The notes under the pieces are model-generated. The model was not told the DNA's origin. It saw only the letters and a program-made list of their open reading frames with translations, and did no database searches. Of a DNA stretch of 64,000 nucleotides, positions 53,313 to 62,766 are shown piece by piece. The position numbers and the translations under genes were made by a program. Position 1 is the stretch's first letter, and each line of letters starts with the position of its first letter. This DNA is from Dehalococcoidia bacterium (GTDB lineage Bacteria; Chloroflexota; Dehalococcoidia; Lucifugimonadales; UBA3495): positions 74,918 through 138,917 of the forward strand of contig CBDBCU010000003.1 of NCBI GenBank assembly GCA_965203435.1, read 5' to 3'.

Positions 53313-56237
53313 ATGGCTCTTTCCCGCATCGGCCAACTCCACGAACAGAACGCAAACGTGGTTATCGCGCAGTGGTTGAACGAATCGGGACGCCACTGGA
53401 CGGTCAGCGGCGATCGTACGGCAGTCTTGGTTGGCTCTAGTCGACGGCCGGATATTGTCATTCGACAGGCGGGGCGTATGCCGGTCATCGTCGAGTGTGA
53501 ATACGGACATCCCGCCGTGGCCGACGCCCGCAGCCGCCTCGGCGCGCAGCTGGTCAATGCCGCCCAACCCTTTACCGAAGTCATTGCGGCCGGCATTGCT
53601 GCCGTCTGCCAGAACGACGACGAGCAAACCCTCCGCCAAAGGCTGGATAACAACGAGGCGATTTTCACCATTCAACTGGTATCAGGCAAGGACCCGGACA
53701 ACTACAGCGTCTGGCCCAAAGCGCGACCTTTGCCGGCAACGCCGGCGGACTTGGCCGCCTACTGTGAATACGCGCAAGTGCCGCAGTCCCTCATCCAGGA
53801 GGAAAGCGACCGAATCGCCGACCTCATCCGATCCGCCGGGGGGCTATTGCTGGAGCGGATCCGAATGACTCGGCAGAGCGATGAAATTCTGGGGGAGTTG
53901 CGCGCTTTGACCGGAACCGGCCACAAACCGGATGAGCAAAATCCTCAGAAGCCCTGCCCTGCCAAGTGCGACCATAATGAGCAAGCTGCGAATACCGCTT
54001 GCGCCATCTGGCTGATTGCCATTGACCTCCAGAACGATTTGGCCCGGTACAGCTCGGCCCTGCGCGATTATGACCTGAAAACTGCTGACGGACTCAAAGC
54101 CGCGGCGCCCTCCCGGAAATTGACGGCGGAGGCTCTGCTCGAGCAGTGGGCGGCTATCGCCGAAGTCAACTATCTGCCAGTCATTGAAATTGCCATCGAC
54201 AGCCTGAAAATCGCCAAAATCGGCGAGGCCATATCCGACGTCCTGGAGTCGCTCAATGGCCTCTGCGCCCACTTGAACAACCTCCACGCCAAGCATATTT
54301 ATAACTTTGCCGGGGAACTCTGGCAGCGGCTGGTCTCGGACCGGAAGGGAATAGCGGCTTTCTATACCAAGCCGGAAATTGCCGAACTGCTGGCAACCCT
54401 GGCCGCCGCACGGTTTAACGACCGCAGCCGGGCGGATATTGCCGCCTTGAACCTGATGGACGCCGCCTGCGGCACGGGAACTCTGGTCGGCGCCGGGGAA
54501 CGGGCTTTGCGCCGCCAGTACGCCGTCAAAGGCGGCCGGGGCAACGACGCTCTGCACAAAAACCGGATGGAAAACCATATCTACGCAATGGATGTGAACG
54601 GCATTGCCGGCACCCTCACCGCCAAGCGGTTGACGGATATGAATGTGGAGCAGGACTACACGCAGAGCAAAATCGTGGTCATCACCGACCCGGCCGGCTC
54701 CTTGACTCTGCTGGATCCGACCAAAACCGGCATTTCCCGGGTTTTGGGATACCGAAATGTTACGCCCACCGCCGGGCTCAGCGGCGAGGAAGGCATCATC
54801 CATGTGATGCTCAAAGGCATTGATTGGGTGTTGATGAATCCCCCTTACAGCCGCCCGGGGCGGGGTCGGAAATTGACTACCACCGGGCTGAAGGAACCCC
54901 GCGCTCGCGCCCAAAAGGACGCGTACCGGATGTCCGACATTCAGGCCGGGCTGGCCAGCGATTTCGGAGATCTGAGCAACATCAGACTCAAGGAACGGGG
55001 CGTGTTTTCCCACGTCCTCCCTTTGACGGCGGCGACTTCCGTCAGTTGGCGGCCCTGGCGGGCTGAATTGGAAAAGGATTTCCAAAACATTGTGGTCATT
55101 GCCAACGCCGCCACGGAGGAATTGCAGAGCATGAGCAAGGACACCGGCATGAGCGAGTTGCTGGTAGTGGCTACGAAGCGAGGGGGGCGGCCTAAAAAAT
55201 GGCTGCCGGCGGAAATCTTGTGCGTCAACCTGTACGCCGCGCCGACTACTTTGGCCGAAGGCTACGCTTTGGCCCAGGAAATCGCCGCTATACCGGCCGG
55301 CGCCGATCAAGGGCTGCTGACCTCGGGAAACTATACCCGGATCCAGCAGAGCCGAGCCGGGTTTCCCTGGAGCACCGTAGGCAACAGCAACGGTGAAATC
55401 AGCGCGGTAACTACCGCCTTGCTGGAGGGCAAAGCCTACGATCCGCTCACGCTGGACACCTATGCCTTGACGGTGCCGATGGCTAAATTGGGCAGCATCG
55501 TCAGTCCCGGGCCAACCCATCACGGCATCGGATACCCAAAAGGCAGCGAGGTGCGCGGCGCGTTCGAGTGGACTCCACTACAAGGCTCGAGGGTGAACCC
55601 GGCCCAGCAGGCAATGTGGGCGGCGGATGGTGAAACTCAGACCTCCATTGCTACCCAGCCTACCCACGGCGGTCGGGTCGTGGACGCCGGGAAAGCGCGG
55701 GAAATGGTGGGAAAACGCAGTCGGTTCCACCTGAATCGGAACATCAGCTGGACCTCCCAAGCCCTGGCCGTAGCGTACACTCCACAACTCGCTCACGGCG
55801 GGTCGGCTTGGAATGCCCTGCAAGGCGGGGATGGGGCGGCCAACAAAGCAGCAACCTTGTTTCTGAACAGCATATTCGGGTGCCTGGTCATAAATGCTTA
55901 TGCAAAATCCGGGCAGAGGGGGCCGCGGGCGCGGCTCCAAATCAAGACGATTCCCGGATTGCCTTGCCCGGCGTTCAATATGGATACCCTGGAGGCTCAA
56001 GCCGCTTGTGCGGTAGCCGACAAACACTTCGCCGAGCTGATAGAGCTCGAGCTCGAACCTCTCGCCCACTGCTCGCGCGACGCCAACCGCCACCGCATCG
56101 ACAACGTAGTTGCCGAGATGTTGGGGCTAGACCCGCAAGACGCCGGCATCCAAGAGATGCTGGACAAATACCGCGCTCTGTTCGCCGCCGAGCCTAATAT
56201 CAAAGGCCGGCGAAGGATAGCATTGGTCAGCCCGTAA
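53313..56237 (+). CDS. Single-polypeptide nuclease-like / N6-adenine DNA methyltransferase fusion (Type IIG-like restriction-modification enzyme)
   Basis: AGGAGGAGG Shine-Dalgarno sequence 8 nt upstream. The N-terminus has a PD-(D/E)xK-like segment RRPDIVIRQAGRMPVIVECEY. SAM motif I is LMDAACGTGTLVG and motif IV is VLMNPPYSRP, in gamma-class order. A C-terminal region of about 450 aa could carry target recognition. Confidence 0.6.
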   Translation: MALSRIGQLHEQNANVVIAQWLNESGRHWTVSGDRTAVLVGSSRRPDIVIRQAGRMPVIVECEYGHPAVADARSRLGAQLVNAAQPFTEVIAAGIAAVCQNDDEQTLRQRLDNNEAIFTIQLVSGKDPDNYSVWPKARPLPATPADLAAYCEYAQVPQSLIQEESDRIADLIRSAGGLLLERIRMTRQSDEILGELRALTGTGHKPDEQNPQKPCPAKCDHNEQAANTACAIWLIAIDLQNDLARYSSALRDYDLKTADGLKAAAPSRKLTAEALLEQWAAIAEVNYLPVIEIAIDSLKIAKIGEAISDVLESLNGLCAHLNNLHAKHIYNFAGELWQRLVSDRKGIAAFYTKPEIAELLATLAAARFNDRSRADIAALNLMDAACGTGTLVGAGERALRRQYAVKGGRGNDALHKNRMENHIYAMDVNGIAGTLTAKRLTDMNVEQDYTQSKIVVITDPAGSLTLLDPTKTGISRVLGYRNVTPTAGLSGEEGIIHVMLKGIDWVLMNPPYSRPGRGRKLTTTGLKEPRARAQKDAYRMSDIQAGLASDFGDLSNIRLKERGVFSHVLPLTAATSVSWRPWRAELEKDFQNIVVIANAATEELQSMSKDTGMSELLVVATKRGGRPKKWLPAEILCVNLYAAPTTLAEGYALAQEIAAIPAGADQGLLTSGNYTRIQQSRAGFPWSTVGNSNGEISAVTTALLEGKAYDPLTLDTYALTVPMAKLGSIVSPGPTHHGIGYPKGSEVRGAFEWTPLQGSRVNPAQQAMWAADGETQTSIATQPTHGGRVVDAGKAREMVGKRSRFHLNRNISWTSQALAVAYTPQLAHGGSAWNALQGGDGAANKAATLFLNSIFGCLVINAYAKSGQRGPRARLQIKTIPGLPCPAFNMDTLEAQAACAVADKHFAELIELELEPLAHCSRDANRHRIDNVVAEMLGLDPQDAGIQEMLDKYRALFAAEPNIKGRRRIALVSP

Positions 56238-56255
56238 CGCCGCCCAAATCTTACC

Positions 56256-57011
56256 CTACTTCCCCTCGTAGCCCCGCGGCGTTACCATTTTGCCCTGGTG
56301 GAGGTAGGTGGCGGAGTTGCCGATGATTACGGTGGTGAACATATCTACGGCGGCAGCGTGGCTTTCCAAATCATGCAGGGTGGTCAGGATAGCTTGCTGG
56401 CCGGGGCGGTAGGCTTCCCGGACCAGTCCCACCGGGGTGGCCGGCGGCCGCTGTTCCAGCATCAGGCGGCGGGCTTCCAGCAGTTGCCAGTCCCGCCGTT
56501 GGCTGCGGGGATTGTAGATCGCCGTTACAAAATCGCCCAAGGCGGCCGCCGCCAGCCGCCGCCGGATGGTATCCCAAGGGGTCAGCAAATCGCTGAGGCT
56601 GATGGCGCAGAAATCCTGCATCAGCGGCGCACCCAGCAGGGCCGCCGCCGCTTGCAGGGCGGAGATGCCGGGGATGGTAACGACCGGCGGATTTTCCCCA
56701 TCCCAACCGCCGGCGGTCAGGATGCGGAACAGGGGGCCGGCCATGCCATAGACGCCGGCATCCCCGGAGGAAACCACCGCCACCGTCCGGCCGCCATAAG
56801 CCAAATCCACCGCCCGCTGCGCCCGCTCCAATTCCTGACCCAACTCCATCGCCACCACTTCCTTGCCGCCGGTCAAGGCGGCAAGGAGTTCCAGATAGCC
56901 GCGAAAGCCGACGATTGCCTCGGCGCGGCGCAGGGCGTCCACGGCGGCCGGCGTCAGCAGTTCCGCCGCCCCCGGCCCCAAGCCCACCAGAAAAAGTTTC
57001 CCCTCAGCCAT
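56256..57011 (-). CDS. cbiH: Cobalt-factor III / precorrin-3B C17-methyltransferase
   Basis: GKLFLVGLGPGAAELLT, SSGDAGVYGMAG; 251 aa. Confidence 0.85.
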   Translation of the reverse strand: MAEGKLFLVGLGPGAAELLTPAAVDALRRAEAIVGFRGYLELLAALTGGKEVVAMELGQELERAQRAVDLAYGGRTVAVVSSGDAGVYGMAGPLFRILTAGGWDGENPPVVTIPGISALQAAAALLGAPLMQDFCAISLSDLLTPWDTIRRRLAAAALGDFVTAIYNPRSQRRDWQLLEARRLMLEQRPPATPVGLVREAYRPGQQAILTTLHDLESHAAAVDMFTTVIIGNSATYLHQGKMVTPRGYEGK

Positions 57012-57027
57012 TGCTTTCCTTTATTTA

Positions 57028-57136
57028 CATGGATGGGCAGGATAGACAGGATTTTTGTATCTGCTGGGAACGGTTCTGACCGTCAATAGTCTTTCCCGTC
57101 AGATACAAAAATCCTGTCTATCCTGTATATCCATGT
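57028..57136. repeat. Family C long palindrome inside the cbi operon, between cbiG and cbiH
   Basis: ACATGGATGGGCAGGATAGACAGGATTTTTGTATCTGCTGGGAA ... TTCCCGTCAGATACAAAAATCCTGTCTATCCTGTATATCCATGT, with arms of about 45 nt. Confidence 0.85.
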
Positions 57137-57155
57137 TTGAATCAACAAGTTTGAA

Positions 57156-58331
57156 TCAATAGACAATCCGGGCTACGGCCAGGGTGGCCCGGTCGGTTTT
57201 CTGGCGGGGCAAGGCCAGTTCTTTACTGCCGGCGGCCAGCAGAGCGGCCGGCTCGGCGACGCCCCATAGCCCCAGCAGGCGGTGGGCGGCAGCGGATTTA
57301 TTCAAGCCGGCCGCCGGATAGTCGGCAAAGACCTGATTCAGCTGCGCGGTCGAGTAGGTTTGCAGGGGTACGCCATACTCCGCCGCCAACTCCTGGATGG
57401 CCGGTTCATCGGCTTTCAGGTCGGCAGTGGCGAGGGCGGCGATGCTGTCCACCCAAAACCCGTTCCGGGATAAAGTCCTGCCCACGAATTCGGACAGGTC
57501 CCTAAAGCGCACTCCCCGGCGGCAGCCAATTCCGGCCACCAAGGTGCGGGGACGATAGACCACCATATCCCGCGGCCGCTGGTTATTATATTGGCGGTTC
57601 CTTACCTCAACATACCACTCAATTACTCCCGGTTCGGGAGCCGGCAACCACTGGTCGGTTATCACCAGATAGGCCGCGCTGTTGGACTGGCTCAAGGCGG
57701 CCAGGGTAGGATAGACGGTCAAGTTAGCCGGCCAGGGTTGATTGGCCGGCCACCAATCCCGTTGGCCGGCATCCTGATAGACGCCGACCGGCTCGCCGTT
57801 GACGACCGCCGCGCTGACCCGGGTTATGGTTTCATTGCTGGCTTCGATTTTCCAGCCCAATTCCAGGCCCAGCAAGTCCACCGCCAGGGTGTCCAGGGCG
57901 TGGGATGCTGAGGTGATAACCGGCGTGGCCCCCAGGATAGCGGCAACTTCTCCGGCCAGGGCATCGCCGCCGCCGATATGCCCGGAAAGCAGGCTTACCG
58001 CAAAGCGGCCGCCATCATCCACGCAGACCACCGCCGGGTCGGTATGCTTGTGCCGCATTGCCGGGGCCAACAGCCGCACTGCCGCGCCCACCGGCATAAA
58101 GAGGATAAGGCGGCGGCTTTCCGAAAACAGCCGCTGCACTACCGGGCGCAGGGGCCGATCATAGACTTGGGTATCGGTATCCGCCGCGGCCGCTGCGACA
58201 AAGCGGCGATCCAGATAGAGGCGGCTGTTTCCGGGCAGGCGGCGCTGCAAGTCCGCCGCCAATCGGGAGCCGCGGCGGGACAGGGCTACGATAGTCGTAT
58301 CCGGAACAGTATCCGGGACAGGCGCAGTCAT
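57156..58331 (-). CDS. cbiG: Cobalt-precorrin-5A hydrolase CbiG
   Basis: It has N-, middle and C-terminal CbiG regions. The C-terminal domain carries LVAGIGCRRGV. Confidence 0.8.
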   Translation of the reverse strand: MTAPVPDTVPDTTIVALSRRGSRLAADLQRRLPGNSRLYLDRRFVAAAAADTDTQVYDRPLRPVVQRLFSESRRLILFMPVGAAVRLLAPAMRHKHTDPAVVCVDDGGRFAVSLLSGHIGGGDALAGEVAAILGATPVITSASHALDTLAVDLLGLELGWKIEASNETITRVSAAVVNGEPVGVYQDAGQRDWWPANQPWPANLTVYPTLAALSQSNSAAYLVITDQWLPAPEPGVIEWYVEVRNRQYNNQRPRDMVVYRPRTLVAGIGCRRGVRFRDLSEFVGRTLSRNGFWVDSIAALATADLKADEPAIQELAAEYGVPLQTYSTAQLNQVFADYPAAGLNKSAAAHRLLGLWGVAEPAALLAAGSKELALPRQKTDRATLAVARIVY

Positions 58332-58342
58332 CCGGCGGCCGC

Positions 58343-59161
58343 CTAATCGCCGCCGACCGCCGCGCCGTCTTTGGCCCGGCGGAACAGGTGGGTGTAGCTG
58401 TCGGAATAGAGATGGGAGGTGGCGACTTCCGCAGCGGCGGCCGCCGGATCCCGCAGAGCCGGGTCAATGGCTTGCCCCACAAAGACCAGGGCCTGGCGGT
58501 TGATTTTGGCGGCCCGCACTTGGGCGGCAATGTCGGCCAGAGTTCCCCGGATTATCTTTTCATCCTCCCAACCGACCCGATAGACGACGGCGGCCGGGGT
58601 AGCGGCGGCATAGCCGGCGGCGGTCAGTTCCCGGACGATTTGCGGCATCCGGGTAACGCCCAGGAAAATGACCAGGGTGCAGTTATGGGCCGCCAAATCC
58701 TGCAGCTGCTCTTTCGGCGGCATTGCGATGCGGCCTTGGGCGCGGGTCATTATCACCGTTTGGGAAACTTCCGGCACGGTCAGCTCGGCTTTCAGCTTGG
58801 CGGCGGCGGCAAAGGCGGCGCTGACGCCGGGGATGATTTCGTAGTCCACCCCTTCCCGTTCCAAAATCCGCATCTGCTCCAGGATGGCCCCGTACAAAGC
58901 CGGATCGCCGCTCTGGATGCGGGCCACCGTCTGGCCCTGGGCGACGGCGGCCAGGGTGATGTCCATAATTTCGTCCAGGGTCAAATCCCGGCTGCCGTGA
59001 ACGGCGGCATCAGGCCGGGCCCAGCCGACTACAGCCGGATGCACCAGGGAATCGGCATAGATGACCACTTCGGCGGATTCAATCAGCCGCTTGGCCTTGA
59101 GGGTCAGCAGTTCCGGGTCGCCGGGGCCGCCGCCGATGAAATAAACTTTGCCGCGCGCCAT
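58343..59161 (-). CDS. cbiF: Cobalt-precorrin-4 / precorrin-4 C11-methyltransferase
   Basis: GKVYFIGGGPGDPELLTLKA, IQSGDPALYGA. Confidence 0.88.
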   Translation of the reverse strand: MARGKVYFIGGGPGDPELLTLKAKRLIESAEVVIYADSLVHPAVVGWARPDAAVHGSRDLTLDEIMDITLAAVAQGQTVARIQSGDPALYGAILEQMRILEREGVDYEIIPGVSAAFAAAAKLKAELTVPEVSQTVIMTRAQGRIAMPPKEQLQDLAAHNCTLVIFLGVTRMPQIVRELTAAGYAAATPAAVVYRVGWEDEKIIRGTLADIAAQVRAAKINRQALVFVGQAIDPALRDPAAAAAEVATSHLYSDSYTHLFRRAKDGAAVGGD

Positions 59162-59165
59162 ATTG

Positions 59166-59891
59166 TCACCTTTTGATGATGAGTAGGGAAAAGTAGTCCA
59201 AGTCCTCCTCGGTCAGCTGCCGCAAATCCTGCACCACCTGCTCCCGGGCCGTAGTGGCCCGCCGCACATAGATGCCCTTGCCGGCCAAGCCCAGGCTTTC
59301 CAGGTTAGCCAAGGCGTCCAGCAGCACCCGGTTGACTTTCATCAGGACGATGGTGTCGTAGTTGGCGATAGCCTCGCGCAGGTCGTCGATGCCGTACACC
59401 GCCGGCAGGATCGCCAGGCGCTGGCCGTGCGTTACCAGGGGGACGCTGGCCCGGGCGGCGGCGGCCATCACCGAGGAGACGCCGGGGATGATTTCGACGG
59501 CGATTTCCGGATGATTGGCTTGGAGGCTTTCCAGCACATAGGAAAAGGTGCTGAACAGCATCGGGTCGCCCTCGGTGATAAAGGCGGCGTCCGGCCCTTG
59601 TCGCAGGCGGCCGGCCAGGGTTTCCGCCGCCCGTTCCCACACCTCGGCGGCGCCCTCGGCGTCATCGGTGGGAAAGGGAAAGCGCAGGATTTCCTGCCGC
59701 TCGGTGTCAATAAACTCCCGGGCAATGGACAGGGCAAAGCTGTCCACGCTGGTATCCGACTGGGGTACGCAGACCAGGGGGACGCTTTGCAGCACCCGTC
59801 GGGCTTTCAGCGTAACCAGTTCCGGGTCGCCGGGGCCGACGCCGACGCCGTAAAGACGACCGCAATTTACCGGGCCAGCGTTGCTGCTCAT
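59166..59891 (-). CDS. cbiL: Cobalt-factor II / precorrin-2 C20-methyltransferase
   Basis: GRLYGVGVGPGDPELVTLKARRVL, ITEGDPMLFSTF. Confidence 0.85.
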   Translation of the reverse strand: MSSNAGPVNCGRLYGVGVGPGDPELVTLKARRVLQSVPLVCVPQSDTSVDSFALSIAREFIDTERQEILRFPFPTDDAEGAAEVWERAAETLAGRLRQGPDAAFITEGDPMLFSTFSYVLESLQANHPEIAVEIIPGVSSVMAAAARASVPLVTHGQRLAILPAVYGIDDLREAIANYDTIVLMKVNRVLLDALANLESLGLAGKGIYVRRATTAREQVVQDLRQLTEEDLDYFSLLIIKR

Positions 59892-59896
59892 TTTTG

Positions 59897-60580
59897 CTAG
59901 TCCTCCGGATTGGCGGCGCGCCAGGCGGTTACGACAAAGACGGGGTTCATTCCCTCAAAGCGCAGGGCGCCGTCCGCCATTTCCCGACCCCGGGCGGCGT
60001 TGACCATCGTAACCGCCACCGCAAAGCCCAAAGTCCGGCACTGCCGCCGGGTTTCGTTAGTCCGCTCCAAGGCCGCCAGATTGACGACAATCCGGCCGCC
60101 GGGATTCAGCCGCTGGGCGGCCGTGGCCAGAATGGCGGTCAGCCGGCCGCCGCTACCGCCGATAAAGACCGCATCCGGATCCGGCAGTCCGGCCAGAACT
60201 TCCGGGGCCGCGCCGGGAATTATCCGCACATTGCCCGGACTGTGGGCGGTGATATTCCGTTCCAGTAGGGCCAACCCGGCGTCATCCCGCTCAATAGCAT
60301 ACACCATCCCCCGGTGGGCCAGGGCGGCGGCCGCGACGGATACCGAACCGGTACCAGCGCCAATATCCCAGACTATACCGTCGGGCGGCAAGGCCAGATT
60401 GTAAAGGCTGACCGCCCGCACTTCCTGCTTGGTGATTTGCCCCCGCAAAGGCCGCCGCTGCTCAAAGGCATCATCCGGCAAACCCCAAGGCCGGGCAGCC
60501 GATTGCGGCGGCGGGTTGGCAAACCGGTCAACGGCCGGGATAGCGGCGGCGGCCCGGTCAACGGCCGGCGGCTTAACCAT
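59897..60580 (-). CDS. cbiT: Cobalt-precorrin-6B C15-methyltransferase (decarboxylating) CbiT
   Basis: ITKQEVRAVSLYNLALPPDGIVWDIGAGTGSVSV. The start is taken at ATG 60580, which overlaps the cbiD stop. The ORF-track start at 60682 lies inside cbiD. Confidence 0.75.
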   Translation of the reverse strand: MVKPPAVDRAAAAIPAVDRFANPPPQSAARPWGLPDDAFEQRRPLRGQITKQEVRAVSLYNLALPPDGIVWDIGAGTGSVSVAAAALAHRGMVYAIERDDAGLALLERNITAHSPGNVRIIPGAAPEVLAGLPDPDAVFIGGSGGRLTAILATAAQRLNPGGRIVVNLAALERTNETRRQCRTLGFAVAVTMVNAARGREMADGALRFEGMNPVFVVTAWRAANPED

Positions 60581-61793
60581 TTTGCCCCATTCCGGCCGCG
60601 GCCGCCAAGGGTACGCCGGCGGCGTCCGTGGAGGCGTGGCCCAGCAAAGTTCCGTCAAAGTCAAAGCAGAGGGCGTCGACAATCACCTGGTCGGCGTCGG
60701 CGCCCAACTGCTTGCGGCTTTCGGCGCAAACCATTTGGCACATCTTTGGAAAGACCGCCAGCAAATCGTGGGCCTGGGCGATTTCCTGAAAGTGGCGGGC
60801 GCTGCTGGCCTGCCGCATTTCCTCCTGTACCGCCGCGTCAGCCCCGCATTGGGCCGCCAATTCCGCCAGGAAATTGGTATCCACTTGATTGCCGGCCACA
60901 TGGGTAACAAAATAGCCCATCGCCATTTTGGAAAACTTGCCGACCATTCCCACATGGGCCGCCCGCCGCACTTTTCGCAGGGCGCAGCGTTTCAGGGCCG
61001 GGCCGCTGAAAATGCCGGCCTCGATGTAAGCCATATCCGGCAAATCCAGACACTGGCGGGCATATTCCTCGCTGCGGGTGCCGGTGGACAAGACCAGATG
61101 GGACAGGGCGTTGGCTGCCGCCACATCAATCGCCAGATGGACACTGGCCCGCCAAGCGGCGGTGGAAAAGGGCTGCACTACGCCGGTACTGCCCAGGATG
61201 GAGATGCCGCCCAAGACGCCCAAGCGAGAATTGGTGGTTTTGGCGGCGATTGCCGCGCCGCCCGGCACCGACAGCTGCACCACAAATCCGCTATCGGCCG
61301 CTTGTCCATGAGCCGCTGCGGCCGCGGCTACCGATTCGGCAATCATCCGCCGGGGGATGCGGGTAACGGCCGGTTCCCCCACCGTTATGCCGGTGCCGGG
61401 CCGGGTGACCGTGCCAACGCCCTCGCCGCCAACAATGCGGACACCGCCGGCCGGCGCGGCCGAATCCCGCGCAACGGCGGCGCAGATTTCCGCGCCGTGG
61501 GTAACATCCGGATCATCGCCGCCATCCTTGACCACGGAACAGGTTACAGAGTCTCCGGCCGCCGACCATTGGCAGCGGACTACCGGAAAGGTGGCATCCT
61601 GTCCCACCGGCAAATGGATCGACACCTCGGACACCGGGCGGCCGCTGAGCAAGGCCAAGGTCGCCGCTTTGGCGGCGGCGGCGGCGCAGGAGCCGGTAGT
61701 GTAGCCGGTACGCAACCCCCGCCGTTTAATCGTCTGGCGGCTGTAGTCGCTTTCCGGCCTTTCCTGATTTTCCTTTTCCCGGGAGTCGGTCAT
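60573..61793 (-). CDS. cbiD: Cobalt-precorrin-5B C1-methyltransferase CbiD
   Basis: LRTGYTTGSCAAAAAKAA at the N-terminus; 406 aa. Confidence 0.85.
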   Translation of the reverse strand: MTDSREKENQERPESDYSRQTIKRRGLRTGYTTGSCAAAAAKAATLALLSGRPVSEVSIHLPVGQDATFPVVRCQWSAAGDSVTCSVVKDGGDDPDVTHGAEICAAVARDSAAPAGGVRIVGGEGVGTVTRPGTGITVGEPAVTRIPRRMIAESVAAAAAAHGQAADSGFVVQLSVPGGAAIAAKTTNSRLGVLGGISILGSTGVVQPFSTAAWRASVHLAIDVAAANALSHLVLSTGTRSEEYARQCLDLPDMAYIEAGIFSGPALKRCALRKVRRAAHVGMVGKFSKMAMGYFVTHVAGNQVDTNFLAELAAQCGADAAVQEEMRQASSARHFQEIAQAHDLLAVFPKMCQMVCAESRKQLGADADQVIVDALCFDFDGTLLGHASTDAAGVPLAAAAGMGQNG

Positions 61794-61803
61794 AACAACT
61801 GCC

Positions 61804-62766
61804 TCAGGGCAAAGCGGCCCGGTTGCGAATTTCCCGGATGCGGTCGGCGGCCACGGCGATCAACCGGTCATCGACGCCCAGGGGCGGCGTCACGGACATC
61901 GCTACTTGAGGATACTGGGCTTGCAGCTGATCCATAGCGCCGAGGACATTCCGGGTCAAAATCAGCCCCGGGAAAAAGATATAAGGGACGCAGATTAACG
62001 CCGCCACGCCGCGCTCGACTACCAGCCGGGCGGCGGCGAACTCCATAGTGGGGTCGCCATAGTGGGATTGGGCCACATCCACAGCATAGCCCAAACCGAG
62101 GCGATTTTCCACCATCCGTCCCAAGTCCACCAGCCACTGGCAATCATCGTACTGGGTACGGGTGCCGGCCTTGACCAGCAAAATGCCTACATCTTTGCCG
62201 GGGCCGGGAACCGGGGCCGCCGGGCCTAAATCGCCAATCCGATCCACTACCAGATCGGCAAGGCGGGCGTCAGCGCCGAGGCCATCGGCCAAGTGCAAGC
62301 GCACTTGGGGCAGGCGGGCGCGCACTTCATCCAGCAGTTCATCCATTTCAATGGTAGCGTGCTTGCCATGCCCCAGCAAATAGGGCATTACCACTACATT
62401 GCCGATACCCTGCGCGGACAGCAAGCGCACGGCATCCTCCGGGTGGGGTTCGATAAACTCCAGACAGGAAAGCAACACCGGCGGCCCGGCCGCATCCGCC
62501 GGGGCGGCCAGGGTATCCTGCAAGCGGCCGGCTACTTCGCCCAACCCTTGGGGAGTGCTGGGACAGCGGCGACACCAAGGCGGCCAATCCGCCGCTTCCG
62601 GAGCCGACGGGCCGTTGGCGGCCGGCGGCGGCCTCCGCCAGGCGCAGGAACATTCCCGGGGGCTGGCCCCCCGCTGACTGCCGTGACCCAGCAGAATGAC
62701 GCCCCAGGGGGCGGCCGGGTCAGCGGCGGCCACCGGCGGGATAGCTGGATGGTTGCTTGCGCTCAC
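61804..62766 (-). CDS. cbiX: Sirohydrochlorin cobaltochelatase CbiX (two-domain form) with a Cys-rich insertion
   Basis: Two CbiX-like halves (VILLGHGSQ... and ILLVKAGTRTQ...), with the insertion CSCAWRRPPPAANGPSAPEAADWPPWCRRC after the first GHGS motif. Confidence 0.75.
   Translation of the reverse strand: MSASNHPAIPPVAAADPAAPWGVILLGHGSQRGASPRECSCAWRRPPPAANGPSAPEAADWPPWCRRCPSTPQGLGEVAGRLQDTLAAPADAAGPPVLLSCLEFIEPHPEDAVRLLSAQGIGNVVVMPYLLGHGKHATIEMDELLDEVRARLPQVRLHLADGLGADARLADLVVDRIGDLGPAAPVPGPGKDVGILLVKAGTRTQYDDCQWLVDLGRMVENRLGLGYAVDVAQSHYGDPTMEFAAARLVVERGVAALICVPYIFFPGLILTRNVLGAMDQLQAQYPQVAMSVTPPLGVDDRLIAVAADRIREIRNRAALP

Noticed and set aside
53844-55523. 559-aa ORF antisense to the nuclease-methyltransferase gene
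   Set aside because: The plus strand carries ordered methyltransferase motifs I and IV and a strong Shine-Dalgarno sequence. The antisense product is low-complexity.
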